A stretch of 63,970 bases of DNA, counting the filler, from Myxococcota bacterium (lineage in GTDB: Bacteria > Myxococcota > Myxococcia > Myxococcales > Myxococcaceae): the NCBI GenBank assembly GCA_049322255.1. It is 3 parts of 3 records of this genome, joined end to end, with 100 filler letters (N's around TTAATTAATTAA, not from the genome) between each part and the next. Parts side by side here need not be neighbours in the genome. Positions count along the whole stretch, not along the records: positions 1 to 30,963 come from JBMORE010000038.1; 2 more parts are not named here. One strand, written 5' to 3'. The first letter of the stretch is position 1, and the number at the start of each line of letters is the position of its first letter. The notes beneath the pieces were generated by a model, which saw nothing but the letters and a program-made list of their open reading frames with translations, did no database searches and was not told where the DNA came from. A program made the position numbers and the translations under genes. Positions 1 through 9,600 of the stretch are shown in pieces.

Positions 1-867
1 ATGACCCTCCCTCCCTCGCGTCTGTGCTTCGCCGCCGTCGGTTTGTCCCTGGCCCTGGTCGCCGGCTGCACTCCCCGCATCCGCCTCGAACGGAGCCGAC
101 CCGCCGCTGTGCAGCTGCCCATCGATCAGCCGATCGCCTTACAGGTCGAGACCGATGGCACCGCGCCCTCGGCGACCAACGTGATGGACGCGGTGATCGG
201 CGTCACTCAGGGGCAGGTGCTCAACAAGTGGCTGGCGGTAGAGCCGGTGCGCAACGAGCTTCGCGTTCAGCTCCAAAACGCGGGGTACCGGCTGGTCGAG
301 CCAGCGCAGGCCCAAGCGGTGGTGCGCGTTCGCCCCGTTCGCTGGCACTACCAGCTGGAGCAGCAGAAGAACGTCATGCATGGCTCTGGCCGGCTGGACG
401 TGAAGCTCGAGTTGCTCGATGCGAAGAACCCTGCCGCCCCTCCTCTCTACTCCGCGACCTATTGGGGCACGGGCAGCGCCAAAAACCTCGGCGAGCCCGA
501 GGCGATGCTGCGGGCCGCACAACGGGTGGCCGGGGTGTTCCTGCGCGACACGCGGCCTTCTCGCGTGTCCGCCGTGGTCGACCTCGACGACAGCGACCCG
601 ATCACCGAGCCGGGCATCGAGCTGTGCAAGAGTGGCCAATTCGAGGCGGCGTACGCGGCGTTCTCCGACGCCGTGGCCCGCGCACCCCAGTCGGCGCCGG
701 CGCTCTACAACCTGGCCGTGCTCGCCGAGGCTCGCGGGGAGTACAACGAAGCCGAATCGCTCTTGCAGCGAGCCACCGCCATTTCGCCCAAGCCCCTCTA
801 CTACTCAGCCCTGGAGCGGGTACGCGGCGCGCAGCAGGACGCCCAAGCGATGCAAGGCAGCCCCTGA
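1..867 (+). CDS. Lipoprotein with C-terminal TPR repeats
   Basis: Lipobox-like LVAGC after a hydrophobic signal; TPR pattern ALYNLAVLAEARGEYNEAESLLQRA. Confidence 0.75.
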   Translation: MTLPPSRLCFAAVGLSLALVAGCTPRIRLERSRPAAVQLPIDQPIALQVETDGTAPSATNVMDAVIGVTQGQVLNKWLAVEPVRNELRVQLQNAGYRLVEPAQAQAVVRVRPVRWHYQLEQQKNVMHGSGRLDVKLELLDAKNPAAPPLYSATYWGTGSAKNLGEPEAMLRAAQRVAGVFLRDTRPSRVSAVVDLDDSDPITEPGIELCKSGQFEAAYAAFSDAVARAPQSAPALYNLAVLAEARGEYNEAESLLQRATAISPKPLYYSALERVRGAQQDAQAMQGSP

Positions 868-873
868 TTCGCG

Positions 874-2304
874 CTACCCCTTGAGCACTCCCACGGGCCG
901 CAGGCGCGCCACCTTGCGCGCGATTCCGGCGCGGTGCACCACCTCCACCACTCGCTCGACGTCCTTGTAGGCCAAGGGCGCCTCCTCGGCGAGCTCGGCG
1001 TTGGAGGGGCAGCGCACCACGATGCCCCGCGCCTCGAGCGCTGCGCGAATCTCATGGCCCTTCACCTGCCGCTTCGCCGCCCCGCGGCTGAGCGCGCGCC
1101 CGGCACCGTGACAGGTTGTGGAGAGGGAAACCTCGCGTGACGCGTCGGTTCCGAGGAGGACGTACGAGGAGGTACCCATGCTCCCCGGAATGAATACCGG
1201 CTGGCCCAGGCCCCGGTACGGCGGGGGCAGCTCTTGCTCCGAGGGGCCAAAGGCGCGGGTGGCGCCCTTGCGGTGAACGCACAACGTTCGACCGTCGAAG
1301 CGCTCGAGCTTGGCGGTGTTGTGAGCGACGTCGTAGACCACCTTGAGCCGCGCCTCGGGCACCTCGCCCACGACGCGGGCGAACACCTCGCGCGCGCGGT
1401 GGGTGAGCACCTGCCGGTTGGCGAAGGCGAAATTCGCCGCTGCGCACATCGCCGCGAAGTAACGCTGCCCCTCCCGGGAGGAGAGCGGAGCGCAGGCGAG
1501 CTGGCGATCGGGAACCTGGATGGCATAGCGGGCCATCGCCTGGTCCATCTCGCGCACGTAGTCCCCGCAGATTTGATGTCCCAGCCCCCGGGAGCCGGTG
1601 TGGATGAGCACCGTCACCTGCCCGCGGAAAAGCCCCAGGGCCTGCGCGGCGGGGGGCTCGAAAATTTCATCGACCTCTTGTACCTCGAGGAAATGGTTGC
1701 CTCCGCCGAGCGTGCCCAATTGGTCCTCCCCGCGCTGCTTGGCACGGTGAGAGACACACTCCGGGTCAGCGGCCTCGAGGCGGCCTCGGCCCTCGATGAA
1801 GTCGAGATCCTCAGGCAAGCCCAGCCCGTGCTCCTGCACCAGATACCCACAGCCCTCTGCCAACACCCGCTCCAACTGGGCTTCGGCGAGTGCCAGCCTG
1901 CCGCTGCGGCCGTAGCCGGTAGGAATGGAGCGGCTGAGCTGGTGCACCACCTCTTCCAACTTCGGTTGCAGCGACTGGCGGGTGAGCCTGCTGGTGAGCA
2001 GCCGCACTCCGCAGTTGATGTCGAAGCCGATGCCGCCGGGAGAGATGACGCCGTCCGGGCCGGCGGTGGCCGCCACCCCTCCCACGGGAAAGCCATAGCC
2101 CTCATGCATATCGGGCATGCCGATGGCGAAGCGGACGATTCCGGGCAAGGTGGTCACGTTGATCAGCTGCTCTAGGCTGCGGTCGCGGCCGATTTGCTCC
2201 ATCAGCGCTGCGTCGGCGACCACCCGTGCGGGTACGCGCATGTCGGCTCGGTGAGACTTGGGAATCTCGTAGAGAAACTCGCCGATGCGGTTCGCTTCCA
2301 CCAT
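874..2304 (-). CDS. rtcB: RNA-splicing/repair ligase RtcB
   Basis: Motifs PDMHEGYGFPVGG, DINCG, GGGNHFLE, HTGSRG, DVAHN, HRKGAT, PGSMG, HGAGR, EEAPLAYK. Confidence 0.97.
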   Translation of the reverse strand: MVEANRIGEFLYEIPKSHRADMRVPARVVADAALMEQIGRDRSLEQLINVTTLPGIVRFAIGMPDMHEGYGFPVGGVAATAGPDGVISPGGIGFDINCGVRLLTSRLTRQSLQPKLEEVVHQLSRSIPTGYGRSGRLALAEAQLERVLAEGCGYLVQEHGLGLPEDLDFIEGRGRLEAADPECVSHRAKQRGEDQLGTLGGGNHFLEVQEVDEIFEPPAAQALGLFRGQVTVLIHTGSRGLGHQICGDYVREMDQAMARYAIQVPDRQLACAPLSSREGQRYFAAMCAAANFAFANRQVLTHRAREVFARVVGEVPEARLKVVYDVAHNTAKLERFDGRTLCVHRKGATRAFGPSEQELPPPYRGLGQPVFIPGSMGTSSYVLLGTDASREVSLSTTCHGAGRALSRGAAKRQVKGHEIRAALEARGIVVRCPSNAELAEEAPLAYKDVERVVEVVHRAGIARKVARLRPVGVLKG

Positions 2305-2314
2305 CGTTTTCCTC

Positions 2315-2719
2315 TCACACGTCCAGGACCAACTTCGCGCTCAGCTCGCCGTCCCTCTCCTTGATCGACAGCCCGTGGAAGGTGGCCGCCTTCACCTGAG
2401 TCTTCACCTCGTCCAACGGGCGCCCGAAAAGACGAGCCTCGACCGTATGCGGCGACAGCGCCCGAACCTCGAAGTGGGTGAAAACCTTGCCGGTGCGCTC
2501 CACCTGAAAAATCAGCTCGTTGATCCACTCCACGAGCAGCGCCTCGCGATCGGCTGCCTCCACGCGAACCTCCAGCGGCGCTCCCTCGGGCGGCACTTCG
2601 AGCTGTGCCCCCATGGTTTCAGCCAGAGCCCTCCCTGCCTCCACCAAAAGCTCCTCGAGCGAGCGTGCGTGCAGTCGCACCTCCAGCTCACCCACGTGCT
2701 CCAGGTACGCGCGCGTCAG
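2315..2719 (-). CDS. Archease (RtcB cofactor); probable CTG start at 2719 (ORF track uses GTG 2695)
   Basis: LLVEWINELIF, VKAATFHGL and C-terminal LDV are archease signatures; adjacent to rtcB; in-frame YLEHVGE begins upstream of the GTG. Confidence 0.9.
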   Translation of the reverse strand: MTRAYLEHVGELEVRLHARSLEELLVEAGRALAETMGAQLEVPPEGAPLEVRVEAADREALLVEWINELIFQVERTGKVFTHFEVRALSPHTVEARLFGRPLDEVKTQVKAATFHGLSIKERDGELSAKLVLDV

Positions 2720-2913
2720 ACGTAGGCCTCCTCGCTCGATGACAGTACTTCCAGCCGTCGCTTGATGTCCTCCAGGCGATCGAAGGTCTCGCGCAGGTGC
2801 GTTCGCGCCTCCCGTTGCTCGGTGCGGGCCAGCTCGAACTCCATCTGCTCCAGATAGACCGCCAACGCGTGCGAGAGCTCACGGGCCTGCACCGGCGAGA
2901 GCTCGAGGGTCAT
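2716..2913 (-). CDS. Small helical hypothetical protein (65 aa)
   Basis: GGAGG SD before ATG 2913; stop overlaps the archease start. Confidence 0.7.
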   Translation of the reverse strand: MTLELSPVQARELSHALAVYLEQMEFELARTEQREARTHLRETFDRLEDIKRRLEVLSSSEEAYV

Positions 2914-3021
2914 GGTCACCTCCTTCGACCTCACGCTGGGGGCCTCCACCGTCGTCTGGAAGCGTCCAGCGCCGAGGGCGCCACCGCTCGGCGGGCCCCG
3001 CGCAGAGCGAGCGGGCGATGC

Positions 3022-3189
3022 TCAGGACTTCTTGCTCGTCTGCACGTGGACGAAAGAGATGCGCTTCTCCACCTGCTCGTCTTGCTTGCAATTGGGGCAA
3101 GGCGCCGCGTGCTGGTCGTGCTCAGCCACGCTCATGTGCGCGGAGAACGTCTTCTTGCACTTTCGACAATAAAATTCGTAGTCGGGCAT
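3022..3189 (-). CDS. FmdB-family zinc-ribbon protein
   Basis: MPDYEFYCRKC...CPNC pattern. Confidence 0.88.
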   Translation of the reverse strand: MPDYEFYCRKCKKTFSAHMSVAEHDQHAAPCPNCKQDEQVEKRISFVHVQTSKKS

Positions 3190-3286
3190 CCGCTGCCTCC
3201 TCTGCGCTCTAAACCCATGAAGCGTAGTGGCGCTCTCTTCTCTTAGGTAGCAGGGCCTGCCCACTCGGCTGCTGAGGAGGCTCGTC

Positions 3287-4738
3287 TCACTGGGGAGTGG
3301 GCACGCTGGGCAACAGGTACTTGATGTCCTCTGCGTCCCACCGCACGCCGGCTCCGAGGAAGACGCTGGAGAGGTCGCGGTCGACGTTGAGGAAGTCGTC
3401 CCACCCCGCCATCACCCAGGCATTGGGAAAGACGTAGAGCGCCCCGTGTACTTTGAGGTGAGGGTTGGGCCCGTTGCGCTCGAAGTCCCACAGGTCCGCG
3501 GTCAGCCGCAGCCGCTCTTTGAGCAAGAGCACGTCCAGGCCTACCCCTCCTCTGCTCTCCATGAGGCCGGCGCGCACGACCAAGGGCAGGGGGTCGAACC
3601 GCCAGCCCACCAAGAGGGAGAAGGCGAAGATGTCTCGCCGCTCAACCTCACGAATCTCCACCACCTGCGGGGGCCCGCCGTTGAGCACGTCGACAGTGGT
3701 GGTGGTGACGCTCTCTGTTCGCATTCCCAGCGGCTGGCTCATCACCTCGAAGCGATAGAAGCGCGGGCTGTTGGGAGGAGCCAGGTCGAGGTGGAAGTAA
3801 CCCTTGGCGGCGGCGATGTCGGGCAGGTACTCGGCTCGAAGGCCCAGATACACTTTTGTGTCCACCACCTGCGCGATGATCTGGCGCAGCGAGGCCACCC
3901 CCTCCCCCACCCCTTCCAGCGCTGCCTCGAGCCGGTCACCTGTCTCGGTGTCGGCGATGAGCTGGCCCAAAGTACCCTCGCCGCGATCGATTTTTCCGGC
4001 GATCGACGCAACGTGCTCGGCGGCGGTGTCCAGCTTGCCGGTGAGGGAGGCGAGGTTGTCGATGCTCTCCCCCATCTCGGCCTCGCGGCTTTCGGTCAGC
4101 CGGTCGATGCGCTCGGCGAGCGTCTTCATCGACGTAGAGAACTCTCGAAAGTTCGCCAGCGTTCGATCGACGTTCTCCTGGTTGGTCTCCACCAACTGGG
4201 CGAGGTCTCCCGTCACCTGCACCAGGTTGTCCACCACCGCCTCGAGGTGCTCTCTCCCGCGGGGCCCACCCAGGGTGGCGCGCAGATTGGCGGTGACCTC
4301 CTTGAGGTCGTCGCCGACTTGCGCCACCAGCCCCAGCGCGTCCTCCATCGACGGTTTTCTCTCGGCGCGAATGCGCGCGCCCTCGGGGAGCGGTGTAGCG
4401 CCTGCTGGGCCCTGGACGATGTCCACGTGCTTCTCCCCCAACAGCCCCAGGCTACCCACGGAGGCCACCGCCCCTTCGCGCACCGGCACCCCCTCTTCCA
4501 GCTCCACTGTGACCAGCACCCCTTCTGGCACCAGCTTGAGCGCCCTCACCTCGCCCACCCGCACCCCGCTGAGACGGACATCGCCGTGCTCCTCCAGCCC
4601 TTGCGCGGAGTCGAGCAACACCTCGTACACGCGCGCCCGCTTGCCGCCCAGGCGCAGGTCCTCGATGCGCAAGATGAGCAGCGCCCCCAAGAGCAGCGCC
4701 CCCAGCGCGAACAGGCCGACCTTCGCCTGCGGGCTCAC
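3287..4738 (-). CDS. mlaD: MlaD/MCE family protein with long helical region
   Basis: N-terminal TM KVGLF, GL..GDVRLSGVRVGEV, GLLGEKHVDI, GEGTLGQLI. Confidence 0.88.
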   Translation of the reverse strand: MSPQAKVGLFALGALLLGALLILRIEDLRLGGKRARVYEVLLDSAQGLEEHGDVRLSGVRVGEVRALKLVPEGVLVTVELEEGVPVREGAVASVGSLGLLGEKHVDIVQGPAGATPLPEGARIRAERKPSMEDALGLVAQVGDDLKEVTANLRATLGGPRGREHLEAVVDNLVQVTGDLAQLVETNQENVDRTLANFREFSTSMKTLAERIDRLTESREAEMGESIDNLASLTGKLDTAAEHVASIAGKIDRGEGTLGQLIADTETGDRLEAALEGVGEGVASLRQIIAQVVDTKVYLGLRAEYLPDIAAAKGYFHLDLAPPNSPRFYRFEVMSQPLGMRTESVTTTTVDVLNGGPPQVVEIREVERRDIFAFSLLVGWRFDPLPLVVRAGLMESRGGVGLDVLLLKERLRLTADLWDFERNGPNPHLKVHGALYVFPNAWVMAGWDDFLNVDRDLSSVFLGAGVRWDAEDIKYLLPSVPTPQ

Positions 4739-5556
4739 GGGTGCACCTCCTCGAACGCCCCCGCTTCTTCCTCCGGAAGGATGGGACCCTCGAGCCGCCC
4801 TTCGACGAGCTGCCGGACCGCCGGGTGGGCGAGCCCAAAGAAGGTGTCGACCGGCGCCTCGACCACGATGCGGCCGCGTAGCAAAAGCGCCACCCGCTGA
4901 GCCACCGCCCGGGCGCTCGTCAAATCATGTGTCACCATCACCGTCGTCGCGCGGAGACGTTGGTGCACGTCGGTGATGACTCGATCGATGACCGTCACCA
5001 TCACATTGTCGAGGCCGGCGGTCGGCTCATCGAAAAGGAGAATTTGGGGCTGCAAAGCCATCGCCCGCGCGAAACCCACCCTGCGGCGCATGCCCGTGGA
5101 CAGCTCGGAGGGCCGCCGCTCCTCCACTTCTCCCAGCCGCACCATGCGCAGACACTCGCGTACACGGCCGGCGATCTCTTCCTCACGCAGGCGGGTGTGG
5201 CGCCGCAGCGGGAAGGCGACGTTCTCGAAGACGGTCATCGAATCGAAGAGCGCCCCCTCCTGAAACGCCATGCCGAAACGCCGCCGCAACTCGTTGCGCT
5301 CTCGCTCCGAAGCGGCCCAGAAATCGACGCCGTCGATCTCCAGGCTCCCGGCATCGGGACGAAGCAACCCAATCATGTGCTTGAGCAGCACGCTCTTGCC
5401 CTCGCCCGACGGCCCCATGATGACCACCGACTCGCCCGGGTAGACGTCGAGACAGAGGCCGTCGAGCACGCGCTTCTTCCCGAACGATTTGGTGAGCCCG
5501 CGCAAGCGCAGCTTGGGAACTGGGTCGTTGGCCGCCAGGAGAACCTCCGTCGTCAA
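4735..5556 (-). CDS. mlaF: ABC transporter ATP-binding protein, MlaF-like
   Basis: Walker A GPSGEGKS, FQEGALFDS, LSTGMRRRV, DEPTAGLD; TTG start overlaps the mlaE stop. Confidence 0.9.
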   Translation of the reverse strand: MTTEVLLAANDPVPKLRLRGLTKSFGKKRVLDGLCLDVYPGESVVIMGPSGEGKSVLLKHMIGLLRPDAGSLEIDGVDFWAASERERNELRRRFGMAFQEGALFDSMTVFENVAFPLRRHTRLREEEIAGRVRECLRMVRLGEVEERRPSELSTGMRRRVGFARAMALQPQILLFDEPTAGLDNVMVTVIDRVITDVHQRLRATTVMVTHDLTSARAVAQRVALLLRGRIVVEAPVDTFFGLAHPAVRQLVEGRLEGPILPEEEAGAFEEVHP

Positions 5557-6320
5557 AAGAGCAGCTTGGTGAGGAAGAAGTCGGCCACCACGATGGAGAG
5601 GCTGCCGGCCACCACGGCCCGGGTGGTGGAGATACCCACGCCTTCCGCCCCACCGGTGGTGTGGTAACCCTTGGCGCACGCCACCATGGAGAAGAGCAGC
5701 CCGAACACCGCCGCCTTCACCACCCCCGAGAGCACGTCGTTGAGCTCGAGGTAGAAGTAGGAGTTGCGGTCGTAGACCAAGGGGTTGGCGCCCAAGAGCC
5801 GCACCGCCACCCAGCGACCACCAAAGATGCCCACCACGTCGGCGACCAGCACGAGCAGCGGCAGCATCAGAGTGCCGGCGATTACCCGGGGCACGAAGAG
5901 GTACTGCACCGGCTCGGTGGCCATCGCCACCAGGGCGTCGAGCTGCTCCGTCACCCGCATGCTTCCCAACTCGGCCGACATCGCGCTGCCCACCCGCCCT
6001 GTCACCATCAGCGCTGAGAGCACCGGCCCCAGCTCGCGCGTCACCGAGAGGGCCACCACGCTGCCGACGAACCCCTCGGCGCGAAAGCGCTGGAAGCCAG
6101 TGAACGTCTGCAAGGCGATGACCATCCCGGTGAAGGCGGCGGTGAGAAAGACCACCGGCAGCGAACCCACTCCCACCCGCGCCATCTGGCGAAAGACTTC
6201 CTTGACGTCGTACGGCGGGCGCACCGCCCATACGAGGGTCCGGCCGAGGAGAACGAAGAACCTCCCCAGCTCCTCCACCAGGCGGAGCATGGCTCCGCCG
6301 AGCGCCTCCAACACGCCCAT
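5553..6320 (-). CDS. mlaE: ABC permease, MlaE family
   Basis: RELGPVLSALMVTGRVGSAMSAELGSMRVTEQLDAL, GGAEGVG; GAGGAG SD. Confidence 0.93.
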   Translation of the reverse strand: MGVLEALGGAMLRLVEELGRFFVLLGRTLVWAVRPPYDVKEVFRQMARVGVGSLPVVFLTAAFTGMVIALQTFTGFQRFRAEGFVGSVVALSVTRELGPVLSALMVTGRVGSAMSAELGSMRVTEQLDALVAMATEPVQYLFVPRVIAGTLMLPLLVLVADVVGIFGGRWVAVRLLGANPLVYDRNSYFYLELNDVLSGVVKAAVFGLLFSMVACAKGYHTTGGAEGVGISTTRAVVAGSLSIVVADFFLTKLLF

Positions 6321-6350
6321 GCGCACGCTCCTCGCCTTGGGGCGCTCCAA

Positions 6351-6366
6351 AGCACGTCCGGTGCCA
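6351..6366 (-). promoter_or_regulatory. Sigma54-type (-24/-12) promoter upstream of mlaE
   Basis: Minus strand TGGCAC-CGGAC-GTGCT has canonical GG-N10-GC spacing, about 30 nt before the ATG. Confidence 0.7.
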
Positions 6367-6477
6367 GGCCGGCCGTGGCGCCTGCCAACGGCCCCGACGA
6401 CTTCGACTGTCCACCATGAGAAAGCACTTGGGTCGCGCGGCGTCAGGTGAACTATCTACAGGGAGGAGGTCATCGTC

Positions 6478-7845
6478 ATGCCCCTGACCAGCACCAACCC
6501 CACCACCGGTAGCACCTGGCGAACGTACGACGAGCACACCGACGGGGAGCTCGAGCTGCGGCTCGCTCGTGCCGCCGCGACGTTTCAAGCCTGGCGGAAA
6601 GTGCCCCTGGCTGAGCGCGCCGTGCGAATGCGAAAGGCCGGCGAGCTACTGAAGACCGAGCGGGACAGGTGGGCGCGGCTGATGGTCGAGGAGATGGGCA
6701 AACCCTTCCGAGCGGCACAGGCCGAAGCGGAGAAGTGCGCCTGGGTGTGCGCGCACTACGCCGAGCAGGCGTCTACCTATCTCGCGGATGAGGAGGTGAG
6801 CACCGAGGCGACGCGAAGCTACGTGCGCTACCTGCCGCTGGGGCCGGTGCTGGCGGTGATGCCTTGGAACTTCCCTTTTTGGCAGGTGTTCCGCTTCGCC
6901 GCCCCAGCGCTGATGGCGGGAAACGTGGGTCTGCTCAAGCACGCGTCGAACGTGCCCGGCTGCGCGCTGGCCATCGAAGAGATTTTCCGCTCCGCCGGCT
7001 TTCCTGAAGGAGCGTTTCAGACCCTCCTCGTCGGGTCAGGCAGAGTGGCGCGCCTCATCGATGACGAGCGCGTGGCCGCAGTAACCCTCACCGGCAGCGA
7101 GCACGCCGGGGCCGAGGTGGCCGCGCAAGCCGGTCGACGGCTCAAGAAGACGGTGTTGGAGCTGGGGGGGAGCGACCCGTTCATCGTCATGCCCAGCGCC
7201 GACCTGCCGACGGCGGCGAAGACGGCGGTGACCGCGCGCAACATCAACAACGGCCAGTCGTGCATCGCCGCCAAGCGCTTCATCGTGCACACCGCGATCT
7301 ACCCAAAGTTCGAGCGCCTTTTCCTCGAGGGCCTTCGCGCTCTGACGGTCGGCGACCCGATGAGCGAGGCCACTGACGTCGGCCCGTTGGCGACGCGCGC
7401 CATCGTCGAAGAGGTGGCGGCGCAGGTGGACGACGCGGTGAAGAAGGGAGCACGGCTCCTCGTGGGCGGCAGACGCGGTGAGGGCCTTGGCAACTTCTAT
7501 CCACCCACCGCGCTGACGCGGCTGCCCCGCAGCGCCCGGGCCTTCCGCGAAGAAGTCTTCGGCCCGGTGGCGTTGCTCTTCGAGGTGAAGAGCATCGATG
7601 AGGCCATTGCGCTGGCCAACGACAGTCCTTTGGGCCTGGCGAGCAGCGTGTGGACGCGCGACGACGGCGAACGGCGCCGGTTCATCGACGAGCTGGAGAC
7701 GGGCATCACCTTCGTCGACGGCATGGTGGTCTCCGACCCGCGTTTGCCCTTTGGCGGAGTGAAGCGCTCGGGTTACGGTCGCGAGCTGGGTCGGGAAGGC
7801 ATTCGGGAGCTCGTCAACGTGAAGACCGTGGTGGTCAAGGACTAG
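6478..7845 (+). CDS. NAD(P)-dependent succinate-semialdehyde dehydrogenase (Sad/GabD1-like)
   Basis: [47 protein letters not shown]. Confidence 0.92.
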   Translation: MPLTSTNPTTGSTWRTYDEHTDGELELRLARAAATFQAWRKVPLAERAVRMRKAGELLKTERDRWARLMVEEMGKPFRAAQAEAEKCAWVCAHYAEQASTYLADEEVSTEATRSYVRYLPLGPVLAVMPWNFPFWQVFRFAAPALMAGNVGLLKHASNVPGCALAIEEIFRSAGFPEGAFQTLLVGSGRVARLIDDERVAAVTLTGSEHAGAEVAAQAGRRLKKTVLELGGSDPFIVMPSADLPTAAKTAVTARNINNGQSCIAAKRFIVHTAIYPKFERLFLEGLRALTVGDPMSEATDVGPLATRAIVEEVAAQVDDAVKKGARLLVGGRRGEGLGNFYPPTALTRLPRSARAFREEVFGPVALLFEVKSIDEAIALANDSPLGLASSVWTRDDGERRRFIDELETGITFVDGMVVSDPRLPFGGVKRSGYGRELGREGIRELVNVKTVVVKD

Positions 7846-7854
7846 GAGACGCTG

Positions 7855-8373
7855 ATGCATTTCGAGCTGTCGCGTGTCGACTCTCCACTGGGGCCGGTGG
7901 CGTTGGCGGTGGGGCCGCACGGCCTGTGCGCTGTGGAGCTCGATGCCACCCAGCAGGCGCTGATGGAAAAGCTGTCGCAGTCCCACCCGGATGCCACCTT
8001 CTCTCCCGGAGTTCGGGCAGCGCGAGTCGCTCAGCGGCTGAACGCGTACTTCGAGGGAGAAGTGACTGCGCTCGACGAGCTTGCGGTGGCTCCCGAGGGC
8101 ACCGCCTTCCAGCAACGGGTGTGGCGGGCGTTGCGCGACATTCCCGCGGGACGCACAGTGAGCTACGCCCAGCTGGCCCAGGCCATCGGGCAGCCGAAGG
8201 CAACCCGGGCGGTGGGAGCGGCCAACGCCAAAAATCCGCTGGCAGTGGTGGTGCCCTGTCACCGGGTGGTGGCCGCCGACGGCTCACTGGGCGGCTACTC
8301 CGGGGGCGTGGAGAAGAAGGCCTGGCTGCTTCGGCACGAAGGCGCCCCAACGGGGCAAGTGCGCTCGCGCTGA
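7855..8373 (+). CDS. ogt: Methylated-DNA-protein-cysteine methyltransferase
   Basis: GTAFQQRVW, RAVG, active site VPCHRVV. Confidence 0.95.
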   Translation: MHFELSRVDSPLGPVALAVGPHGLCAVELDATQQALMEKLSQSHPDATFSPGVRAARVAQRLNAYFEGEVTALDELAVAPEGTAFQQRVWRALRDIPAGRTVSYAQLAQAIGQPKATRAVGAANAKNPLAVVVPCHRVVAADGSLGGYSGGVEKKAWLLRHEGAPTGQVRSR

Positions 8374-8397
8374 AGCAAACCCGGCTTCCTTTCGCGC

Positions 8398-9600
8398 ATG
8401 CGCAAGATTGCCCTGCTGTCCGCGCTGTATGTCGTGCAGGGCCTACCGTTCGGCTTTCAAGCGACGGCGCTGCCCATCTATCTGCGCGAACGAGGTGTCT
8501 CCCTCACCGCGGTGGCCCTCTCGGGAGCGCTGGCCGCGCCGTGGCTTTTCAAGGCGCTGTGGGCGCCGCTGGTCGACCGCTTCGGCTCTGCCCGCTTCGG
8601 ACGCCGCAAGTCGTGGATTGTCCCCATGCAGTTGGGGCTGGCGCTCACCGCGCTGGCAGCATCGTTCGTGCCGCCGAAGGAGGCGCTGGGAACGCTGCTC
8701 GGGCTCATCTTTCTCATGAACCTCTTCGCCGCCACGCAGGACATTGCGGTCGATGGGTTGGCCGTCGAGCTTTTGCGCGACGAAGAGCTGGGCGTCGGCA
8801 ATGCGGCACAGGTGGTGGGTTACAAGCTGGGGATGCTGACCGGCGGAGGTCTGCTCGTCGCCGCCAGCAGGTGGATAGGGTGGAGCGGGCTCTTCGCCGC
8901 CGTCGCTTTGCTCTGCGCCGGGGTGTTGGCGGCGACGTTGGCCTACCGCGAGCGCCCACCGCCGGTCACTCCCACCGAGCGACAGCGGCTGGGGGACATC
9001 GTGCGCACGGCCCTCCACGCCCTTCGCGTCCCCGGCGCCGGGTGGCTCCTCTTGTTCATCGCCACCTACAAGCTGGGCGAGTCCATGTCCGACACCATGT
9101 TCAAGCCCTTCTTGGTCGACGCGAAGTTCCCTGCCTGGCGCATCGGGCTGTGGCTGGGCACTTACGGGGCGGCGCTGTCCATCGCCGGCTCGCTCGCGGG
9201 CGGGTTGCTCGCCCGGCGGCTCGAGCTGTGGAAGGCGGTGGGCCTGACCGCTGGGCTCCGGGTGCTTCCCTTGATGGGACGGTGGCTTTTGGCGCAAAGC
9301 GCAGCGCCGACGTCGGGGCAAGTCATCTCCGTCACCCTGGCCGAAGAGTTTTTCGGAGGCGCACTCACCACGGCAATGTTCGCCTTCATGATGTCGCGCG
9401 TCGATCGCCGCGTTGGTGCCACCCACTTCACCCTCTTGGCGAGCGTGGAGGTGTTGGGGAAATCTCCTGGCGCGTGGGCCTCGGGGCCGCTCGCCGAGTG
9501 GCTGGGGTACCCCGGACTGTTTGGCTTGGCCGCGCTCTTGTCGCTGGTCTTCCTGGGGCTGCTTCCCCTCGCCCGCCCCCCGGCGGCACCCCAGAGCTAG
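8398..9600 (+). CDS. MFS transporter, AmpG/RhtX/FptX family
   Basis: QGLPFGF, KALWAPLVD, GRRKSWI, ATQDIAVDG. Confidence 0.88.
   Translation: MRKIALLSALYVVQGLPFGFQATALPIYLRERGVSLTAVALSGALAAPWLFKALWAPLVDRFGSARFGRRKSWIVPMQLGLALTALAASFVPPKEALGTLLGLIFLMNLFAATQDIAVDGLAVELLRDEELGVGNAAQVVGYKLGMLTGGGLLVAASRWIGWSGLFAAVALLCAGVLAATLAYRERPPPVTPTERQRLGDIVRTALHALRVPGAGWLLLFIATYKLGESMSDTMFKPFLVDAKFPAWRIGLWLGTYGAALSIAGSLAGGLLARRLELWKAVGLTAGLRVLPLMGRWLLAQSAAPTSGQVISVTLAEEFFGGALTTAMFAFMMSRVDRRVGATHFTLLASVEVLGKSPGAWASGPLAEWLGYPGLFGLAALLSLVFLGLLPLARPPAAPQS

Noticed and set aside
4735..6588. ORF-track N-terminal extensions (617-aa MlaF, 515-aa HemH, 697-aa PPIase, 584-aa DUF2088) suggesting fusions
   Set aside because: Extensions overlap neighbouring genes; real starts are downstream with SD sites or stop-start overlaps
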